Below, piece by piece: positions 54,601-64,000 of a stretch of 64,000 bases of DNA. A program made the translations under genes and the position numbers. The DNA lies in contig CAXXFK010000001.1 in NCBI GenBank assembly GCA_963663965.2, forward strand, positions 348,146 through 412,145, in the 5' to 3' direction. Every line of letters starts with the position of its first letter. Position 1 is the first letter of the stretch. This DNA is from Sedimentisphaerales bacterium (GTDB lineage: Bacteria; Planctomycetota; Phycisphaerae; Sedimentisphaerales; SM23-30). The notes beneath the pieces are model-generated. The model saw nothing but the letters and a program-made list of their open reading frames with translations. It was not told the origin of the DNA and did no database searches.

Positions 54601-57600
54601 ACACCCTCGGCATTCAGATCGAGGTCAAAGAAATTATTCGATGTGCCAATCTGACCGCCCGCCTGCAAGATCACCCGGCCGGAATCCGGTCCGACCGCAT
54701 CGCTGGTATTGGCATTCACGACCGTTGCCCCGGAATCACTGAAGGCGTCAATGATATCATTCTGACTGACCAGATGAATGCTGCTCAATGATGACACCAC
54801 ACCTACGGTCATATCACCTTGCATCACTTCTATCTTCAGATCGCCGCCGCCCTTGGCGCGGGTAATATAAAGATCTGAAATTTCCTGGAATTCACCTCGT
54901 ATAGTGGCATCGGTTGCAATCTGCCGTATACTCACGTCACTTAACGCTTCCACGGTCATACGGCCGTTATTCGCTTGTTGTATCCGCAACGGATCGGTAC
55001 CATTTTCTGCTTTGATATGAGTACCGGCAATTAGCGTCAAATCCCCAAATACTGTGATAGCCGCCGTTGCATCGACATAGCGATCCACAATGGCTCCCTG
55101 AGCCTCCAGCCAGACATCCCCACCGGCCTTGACACGATTCAGTTGCAACGCGCTCGAAGCCTGGATCGCCGCATCATCTGCGGTATCAATGGTCACCGGA
55201 CCGGTTGCGTTGATATCGATATCATCAGAAGGCCGCAATGTCAGATAATCGACAATATGTTTATTGGCGGCAATCTGACCATTTTCCAAGTCGATCGTTC
55301 CGTCATCGGTCCCATGATCGGCAATCAGACGCAGCCAACGTCCTTCAACACTGTAATCCTCCTGAGTCAGATCGATGGTACTGTTCGCGCCTAAATACTG
55401 GTATAACCCATATTCTTCACTGCTGTACTGAACCAGCACCACCTGGTTGGTTCGCAACGAACGGGTATCGGCCGCTTTACGATCCATGGCTGTCAGATAA
55501 TTCGCCGTTATCTTCTGCCAGTCCGTCGTGCTGAAATCCTGATTGACCAGATCGATACTACCGGTATCAACGCCCTGATATCGATAAATAGCATACTGAA
55601 CGCCGATAATATTATCAATCGACGCGTTAGCCAGGGTCTGAATTTGAGTGCTGTTCAAACTGCCATAGCCGGAGGTCAGGCGAATCAAAGTGGGAGCGGA
55701 AACGCGCCCAACCTGACTGGTCGAACCTCCGGTTATCAGGGTAATGGTATTTCCGAATATATTTTCGACCTCCGCTGTCGAGGTGTCTGGTGATAATCCC
55801 AGAAACTCGGTATGAGGATACAAATAACTCATCAAACCAGGCGCCATGGGATTGTTTAAAGCGACGGTGGTAATCACCCCGGAATTGATCAATTGCTGGA
55901 CCACTGGATCGATGGTACCCCCTGCCTCCATACTGGGATTATACGTCTCATATAAAGCATCCAGAATCGAACCATTCGTCGTTTCCAGTTTAATATTGCC
56001 CTGATTGGAATAAACCGAAGCAGTGACCGGCGACCAGTTTTCCGGCCGGATCAGGTTCAGAGTTCCAGTGATTTCCAGAATATTGATATCATCCGTGGCA
56101 ATGGCGGCCAGACCACCAGTGCTTTGAGCGGAACTGTTAATCCGTAAGGGCAGGACCGCCGAACCAATCGCTCCGTCATCGGCAAACAGTTCCAGACGAT
56201 TACCCTCAACCAACGAACTGCTGTTCTGAGCCCGGATGCCATCCGAGCCATTCAGGCTGACATTGCCTTGCGAAGAATCGATCTCACCCACAACGATAAT
56301 ACTGGACAGATTGTCCAGAGACACGGCCGAAATGGTTATGTCATTCACGGCGGTTACATTCAAAGACCCTTTATTGCCTTCGACATTGACCCAGACCGTA
56401 TCGCCGGCGCTGATGGTTGGAGAGGCGCCGTAAATCGCCACACCCCCGGCGGTCTCAACCGATCCATTGATCGAGGTCAGCATAATGGAACTGCCTTCCG
56501 GCGCCTCAATATTATCCTGCATATAGATATCGCCGTTCGATTCAATATGGATATGCGGATTGGGATCGCCCTGGATGAAGCTGATGGCAATCGGAAAATC
56601 AGCCTTGAGTGTGTGGGTCCAGTAATCTTTGATACCCTCTACAATCGTCACCTCGGTATGAACCGTCTTGGTCCGTAACCAACCACCACCGGTAGTCCAT
56701 TGATCGACATCGTAATCATAATTGCGATAGGTGTTGTCAAATTTATTTGCTGCCGGATCTTCAAAATCATCACCGGTTACTGTCTCGACATATTCCCAGT
56801 CCGGATCGGAACTGTAATCGATGATGGGTGTTACCTCCCCGGTTTCCAGATCCAGATCAACCAGGGCGATCTCCTTGACCGCTGCTCCAATATAACGGTA
56901 AACCTTGTTGATCTCATCACCATTATCGCTTTCGACAACGCGTACCTGGGTTACATTGGGCAACACTTCAATGGTGATATCCACTTTCTGTTCATATAAT
57001 ATCGAATAAACCGAACCTGCCGCGTAAGCCGGCGCTTCCGGATCACCGGTCACTACTCGCGATTCCGAATCAAGTAAAGGTTCATCATTGATATACTTGA
57101 ACTTCTCCCACTTATAACTCTTATCTTTAACCAGCCAGTCGCCAAACGCATTATCGCCAAACAAGTTAAAACTCTTTTTCTCGTACTTCCGAATCGTCGT
57201 TTTGGTCTTCTCCTGGCCTTCAGTCCAGACATACATCAATCCGGCTTCCGGCTGATAGTTAATATCATCCGTCAATCCATGCGTGAATGTTCCGCCAACC
57301 TGGGTATAAACGATCTCCGAGAAGTAACCATCATCATCATTGACATCCCCTTCAACCAGTACGCCATCGTAGTTCTTCTCGAGCACGCTGGAGCCACTGA
57401 CTTCATACTCGGTCTTCAATAACCGGCTGGTATCGATAATAGTAATCTTACCCACACGATCTTTGGTAATATCAATCTGGTTCAGTATTAATTCATACGG
57501 ACTGTTGTTATCAATATCCACACTGGCCCGACCATGGGCCACTCGCAATTCGCCATTGCCGGTACTGAGGATCTGACCGGCCAGTACGATCCGACCCCCT

Positions 57601-60600
57601 TCCGGTACGATATCGTCTATCACAATGGCTTGACGGTTCGCATCAAAATAACCATCGACCGGCACATTGGCAGATCCAAACGAAATTCCCGACAGATTCA
57701 CGTTGCCATCATCGCCGACAAAATTGGTATTGGTATTCCCCGGATTGAAATCAGCCGCAATATCGACCTCTATCGTCTCAACACCGCTCTGAATCAATCC
57801 ATTAATATTCAAATAACGTGCCGTTACCCCAATCCGCCCCTGCGCCAGAATTGCTGATTGGCTCACACCGATGGCTTCATCCAGACCGGCGATTTCATCG
57901 ACATAATCCATATAGACATTTAATGTCGTCACCCCCGCCTCGTTAAATACGGTATTCCGAAGTGTTTCATAAGTAATATACTGGCGTGGATCGCGATTGG
58001 TATGGAACCAGTCATCCGTGTTCAAATTGAAGTCCTGAGCCGCGATAATCGTAATATTTTCAGCCCGCAACTCACCACTGACAGTAATGCTGCCTTCTTT
58101 ATTGTGAATTAATAGATCGCCCGCTTCATTAATCACATCGCCAACAACAAACAGATCCTGGGCAATGCTGGGCAGATCCAGACCCGGCGGGCTGTACCAT
58201 TCGGCATTATCCTGAATGATGGTAATCGTCTTTTCCGTCGTATCATCCACTGAGGTAAGCGGGGTATAATTGACATAGACATTGCCCGGCTCCAGCAACA
58301 ACCGCTCACCATCCACCAGGGCCACACGAATATTATCGCGAATAATCGTATCGTTTACCGTCATTAAAAACGGCGATTCATTTAAAATATCGATCATCGC
58401 CCCGGCCCGGGCAATTAACTGGTTATCCACCAGCGAAGCAAAAGCCGAGGGCGACACTCCCTCCGCTTCAATAAAAATCGATCCCGGCGCGGCATAGACA
58501 TCCGGCAAGCTTACAAACAACATATCCAGTTCCTGCCGAACCACTTCGACTGGTTCACCAGTTACTTCATCAACTCCCATTTCAAACAATCCCAGGTCAC
58601 GCAGCAATTCATCCAACAATTCCAACTGGATCTGATAACGGGCCACCGCCTCGGCATTGGAACCGTGACTCTTAATCCAATCCAGAATCGTATTACGCTG
58701 GTCCAGCAGCAGATTCCCCATATTGACATAGGTCAACGTGGGAGCGGCTTGCTCGATCGGCTTAATCACATAATAAGCGCCATCCAGATTCTCCTGGAAC
58801 TGCTTGGTAATATTGCTGTCGTAAATATTCAGAGTATCCTGCTGTTCCGTTGTCAACGATGCGCCCAGATTGGTCCAGCGCGATGTGTCAGAAAAATCTT
58901 CATTCTGCAGAATGACACTCTCGGCATTTTCAATAATATTTTCAGTTTGATTAACTACCGGCTTGAACTGATAGTAATTCCCGACGACACCGCCGGCATT
59001 CGCTCCGGCAATGACGTGGACAACCGTTCCCTGGTACAGATTAAAGGTGATCTGATCGATATCCAGTTCGGCATATTCATAGCGTAAATCCAGATCCAGC
59101 CCCAATGATTCCTTAACGGCATTGGGCACTTCCGCGCCATAGACAATCCCGGCTGTCATCGGTTTGATATGGATCAATGACTTGTTATTCAGGCCGGCTT
59201 CCACCCGGGCGGCACTGGCAATATTAACAATATTGTGCGTGTCAACGGAATCGCCTTCCGGCACACTCACACTATAAGGGATTAATGATAGCGACAATAC
59301 CCGGCCATCCGTCTGGGCCATCTTACTACCCCGGATATCCCCCACTGTAATCAAATCGACATCTTCCATCGCCATAACTTTAGAGGCACCTTGGATATCG
59401 ATCCGATTCGTTTGATGAATTTCAGCGATGGGAGCGCCATAACCCAGGCTGATCCCCAGCGAAACCGCCGTGACTTCAGTATTGGCATGGCTGGAAATAA
59501 AATTCGGTACCGCCTTGCGATCTTCACCGGCCGCCAGACTGACATCGCTGCCCTTGATCGTTGCGTTATTCAAATAAATCCGGTTGGTTGCGTTGGTAAT
59601 ACCCTTGGCAAATCCATTGGCGTCACCGGCCAGCGCCGTTGCCACATAAACATTGGCGCTGGGCCGTACAGCCGATTCGGTTCTCGACGTCAAATAGATC
59701 TCACCGGATGGATTCAATAATTCCGATCCATTTAAATTAATTCCCGAAACGGATTGGGTATAAATTTCAGATTTCGCGATCGAAATCGCTAATCCGGCGA
59801 CACTTTCCACTCGAACGCTGTCTACTGTTTCAATATCAATCAGGGTATCGATATACATAATACCCGGCGAGGCGTTGGTTCCTTCCGCCAGAATGGATGA
59901 TCCGGATCCAACCGTCAGTGTCGATTCAAACGGATGCGAAGAATTACCCACATGTGTTTCGCTCAGAAGCGCCGTTATCGAACCACCGGCTGCGGAACCG
60001 GAGTTTAAATTGTTCGTATTTGCAAAACGCGTCTTATCAAGCTCATTTTCCGTGAAAATTGTGATGATATGGGCCGTCAATGTTGAATTATCGCCGATGA
60101 TCACATCCGCCTTGGTAGTAATCGTATTACCAACGTATGCGCCTGTTCCAGCAGCCAGCCCCAGGGTAACACTATCGACCTTGCTGTCAATGATCTGGCC
60201 GTGTACGGCATCCAGATCCAGAGATTCCTCAATATCAATGGTAGCATTATTTCCAATCCGAACCATTGCAGCAATATCGTCATCGATAGTCGCCACGGCC
60301 CCTGTCAGCCCAAATGCCCCACCGCTGCCGGCCTTGGTATCTGTCAGTAAATCCTCATCGCTGGTCGCGCTCATACGCAAGTTACTCGCGGTAACGGTTG
60401 TTCCCGTACCGATTCCGGCTATTACTTCATCCACACTGTTGCCTTTACCCAGGCTGATATCCGATACGATTGCTCCAACTGCCACCCCACCCGCAGCCGC
60501 GCCGATACCATAGGCTTCCCCATGTGTACTCAATGCGGCATTCACATCCACATCCCCGTCGACCGAAATAACCGCATTGTTGCCAATCCGGGCTTCGACA

Positions 60601-63600
60601 TCCGGATTGATATCGATAAAGGCAAAATTCGTTGTAACGCCAACCACACCGGCGGCAATGCCACGTGTCGTAATATCAGAACCAATTGCCGCGTCGGCAT
60701 CGATCAGAACATTGTTCACCATCCCGCCAACACCGATTCTCGCGCCATTGTCGACATAGGCCTGATTGGTCAGATTGGCCGTTACTCGCACAAATGTCCC
60801 GCCCTGTCCAACAAAACCCGCCGCCACCTGATTGGTTTCCCCATTTAAGGTCTGGTCCGAATGCGTCTGGATCGTTACCTGATCGGCGTCCTGAATCCGC
60901 CCAGTAGCTCCCAGATACGCCAGTTGAGTACTGGTATCTTCCAGATCCACACATGCCGCACCCAAGCCTACAAATCCGGCTGAGCCTGCAATACTCAGAA
61001 TTGAGGCCTCCTCATCCACACCCGCATCAATCAGGATATCATCTCCGGCGATCAGTCGGCCGTCGACATGGGCAATGGTATTCACCGCAACATCGACCAC
61101 CGCAATGCCTGCGCCAATACCTACAAATCCGCCGGCAATCGTACCGGTCGCCACATCCACTTCAACATCATCATAAGCGGTCACCTTGATATCGTCACCC
61201 GCCTGAACCACAACATTGGCGGCAATATAAGCTTCTGTCCCAACGGTAGGAGCTACACTATTGATCTGGTCATTTATTCCGGATTGAGTTGGAGCGCTGC
61301 CGGATAATGCGGAACTGGCCGCGCCGGTCGCCTCACCCACCCGTTTGGTACTGCTGTTATTGGGATTACTGGTATCTTTTTCAAAACCACCCAGGTTACT
61401 GCTGATTTGCCCGGCAGCCGCTTCCGATTGCCGCGCGGCATCATCATCCGCCTGGTTTCCGCCATCACCGGTGGTGGCGTTCATCGATTTACCATCATTA
61501 TCAGAATACCCCTTATCGACCGGTGCGCCAATTGACCATACCGATACCGAGGCGCTCAAGCCGACAAAGCCGCCGGCGCCGCTGATGGTATAAGCGTTCA
61601 CATCTTTAATACCCACAGCATGCACTTCGACATCGTTGGCCGCCATCACATCGGCGCCGCTTCGGATCTGCGCACCGATGTCGTTCTTGATATTGCCCAC
61701 CTCGACCGCACCACCGATTCCTACGAATCCACCAGCCACAGCGCCGGCAAATGAAGTCACCTGAACATTGTTCGACGCGTTGACATAAACACCCTGATCC
61801 GGATCGGCCATACTATTATCATCCGACTGGTTGATCTGAGCGTCCGCGCCAATCCACGCGGTGGTATCCGAATCGATCAACGTCACGGTTACCCCACCGG
61901 AAACACCCACAAACCCTGCACCTCCGGCAACCGATAAATGAAAAATATTTTCCGAAGACATCGCCTGAACAATCACGCCATTGACGGTTTGACGGCCATA
62001 ATCGCTGCCCCCCCCTGTCACTGCCCCGGTCAATATGCCGGCAATGCCTGTACCGCCACCCAGAGCATTGACCATAGCGTCATCCGCTATAAACGCCTGG
62101 GTATCCTTATCAACCGACAAAACACCCACCGATCCTCCCACACCGACAAAACCAGCAGCCAGAGCTCCGGCAATCCCATCACTGTCGGTATCATCCGTGG
62201 CATACACCATCACATCACCACCGGCATAAACATTCGCACCGGCGCCAATCGTCGCCCAGGTAGTATTATCGATGGTCAAGACATTAACCGCGCCGCCCAC
62301 TCCCACGTAACCGGCAGCGATACCAAATCCAATCAGCATGATATCTTCACTGCCATGCGCTTCTACGGTCACATCATTCTGTGCATTGACAGTCGTTTCC
62401 GAACCGATAAAGGCATTGGTGGTATTCGTCACCAGGGTCACATCCGCAGCTGGACTTACACCGACCACACCAACCGCCAGGGTACCGGCCACCGCCAGAT
62501 GATAAAAATCGCTACCGGCCGCCACATGCACCGACTGGCTGCCATTGGCCCCGCTGGTATCATCGTTAATCAACGCATCTTCAGCGATAAAGGCCTGGGT
62601 CGTATTGGTAATCACATTCACAGATGCCGAAATTGCCACGCCCGCCGTACCACCCGCGACACTCACGGTAAAGCCTTCAATATCGTCTTTGTTTGTTGCC
62701 GTGACTGCCACACCCCGGAAACCGGTCTTGGTTCCCGCCGTCGAGGTACGCTGCCGGCTGAACGAGGTATCCGTCAGATCGTCACCTCCCTGCCGGTCTA
62801 CATTCATCACGGCCAGATCCGGCACATTCACTTCGCCATCGGCAGCCAGTGCGGCGCTGCTGGCAGAGGCCACCCCACTGCTGTTGGCCTCCAGGCCTTC
62901 ACCCCCGGCATTATTCGGATCAAACGCCGGTGCGGATACACTGCCTGCCACAAACGCGCCGGTAGTGACCGTCGAAGTCGATGCGTTTCCATCCCCGCTG
63001 ACCTTGGCGCCTTCACCAATATAAGCCTCGGTAAATTTATTCGTGATCGTCACGCCCCCGGAAGCCCCCACCCCGGCATAACCGGCCACCGCCAGCACAC
63101 CCACCACCTTGTCCACTTCGCTTAAATCGTTGGCTGCAATAATCACATTGCCGCCGGCATGGACATCGCCTGGTCCGGCCGAGGCTATCCCGTCTGTTGG
63201 ACTCTCATCGCCGATAAATGCGCGGGTGGTAATATTCAAGGTATGCACCGAAGCATCCAGAGCCACACTCACCGAACCGCTCGCGCTCACACCCGCGGCC
63301 ACCGAAGTAATATCCTCTTTCGAATTGGCATCCACAATCACATGCCCTTCGGTATCAACCGTTACCCCTGAATCGATATACGCTTTCGTAGTCTTATCCA
63401 GTGTGCCCACATCAGCGCCCAGACCGACTGCCGCTGTTCCTGCGCCGGCCAGCGAGCCGGCTACTGAAATAATAATCGTATTATCATCTGCATCCAGGGT
63501 CAGGTCCGGTGTGCCATAAGTACTCCCGTTATCAGCAACCACATGCGCGCTGCGACCCACACTGGCAATGGTGGTCTCATCCAGTATCGTCACGACCGCC

Positions 63601-64000
63601 GAACCCGCGATCGCCGCGGTACTGGCGCCGGCCCCTGCGGCGGCAATGGTAATTATGTCTTCGCCGGACTGGGCGGCTACCGTAATACCATAACGACCGG
63701 TTGAACTTAAAGATACCCGCTCTCCTATCGTCGCCGATACCGTATCATGATGGACCAGCGTCGTATTCGATGCCCCTATCCCTGCCGAACTGCCGCCACC
63801 GACCGATCCGGCAATCAATTTAATTTTCAAATTGCCATCTGCAGTGATACTGACATCATCACCGGCATCCACCATCGTGACCGGATCGCTCGCCGAACCT
63901 TCAATATAAGCCCGGGTTCCCGAATTAATTATCTGAATCGAAGCCGAGCCGGCCACACCCGCCGAATCGCCCACTCCGATATTCGCTGCTATCGACAGAA
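36669..64000 (-). CDS. Giant secreted multi-domain adhesin/RTX-like protein (>9,100 aa, 5' end outside the window), split by three single-base insertions
   Basis: ORFs 40569-63974, 38768-40627, 38464-38862 and 36669-38480 join in register after removing one base at 40579-40581, 38773-38774 and 38472-38474. No stop between 63974 and 64000. Contains G/A/V/S-rich filamentous repeats, GGxGxD RTX repeats, beta-helix (PbH1) tracts, LamG, golvesin-like, NIDO-like, Ig-like and dockerin modules. Confidence 0.88.
40870..47035 (-). repeat. Intragenic tandem duplication of a ~3.08-kb (~1,030 aa) module
   Basis: Two copies of [YYVN...beta-helix, golvesin-like, Ig, LamG, Ig], e.g. TGAAAATCGTCATCA at 45091 and 42008; WVSDNGKG(V/I)VSTR(L/S)YDQRY occurs twice. 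Confidence 0.85.
52760..53640 (-). repeat. RTX-type Ca2+-binding nonapeptide repeats inside the giant gene
   Basis: About 20 or more GGxGxDx(I/L)x units, e.g. GGAGNDTID GGGGNDVIY GGGGSDTIR GQAGDDTIY. Confidence 0.92.

Noticed and set aside
39059..63519. Long plus-strand ORFs (e.g. 39059-40066, 46545-47255, 61938-63125)
   Set aside because: Antisense shadows of the giant gene with no domain signal.

Overview
Bacterial chromosomal window, most consistent with an anaerobic Planctomycetota (Phycisphaerae-like) genome. This is inferred from a prepilin/H-X9-DG (DUF1559-like) protein, a PEP-CTERM protein, an ECF sigma + Ser/Thr kinase pair and several dockerin-bearing secreted proteins. Positions 1-35 kb carry mixed housekeeping and glycan-use genes: ferredoxin, APC permease, O-methyltransferase, GH53, parE/parC, a Gfo-DUF1080-CBM fusion, ribD, GH51, an M32 peptidase, two radical SAM enzymes, an MCP, a BNR/sialidase-like protein, a macro-domain protein and a lamin-tail protein. 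Positions 36.7-64 kb are one giant secreted gene (>9,100 aa, still open at the right edge), split into four ORFs by single-base indels in homopolymers. Most notable non-gene structure: (i) a fixed-spacing TGTAACC-N15-TTCAGG motif in front of both genes downstream of the ECF sigma; (ii) a 31.0-32.7 kb region with an orphan gene followed by repeats of a bipartite motif CRAAACRAACCCAA-N18/19-TAAC-N17-STTA, a ~95-bp direct repeat, a cluster of REP-like hairpins and a 177-bp MITE. Six homopolymer frameshifts point to long-read sequencing errors. No rRNA, tRNA, CRISPR array, transposase or integrase was seen.
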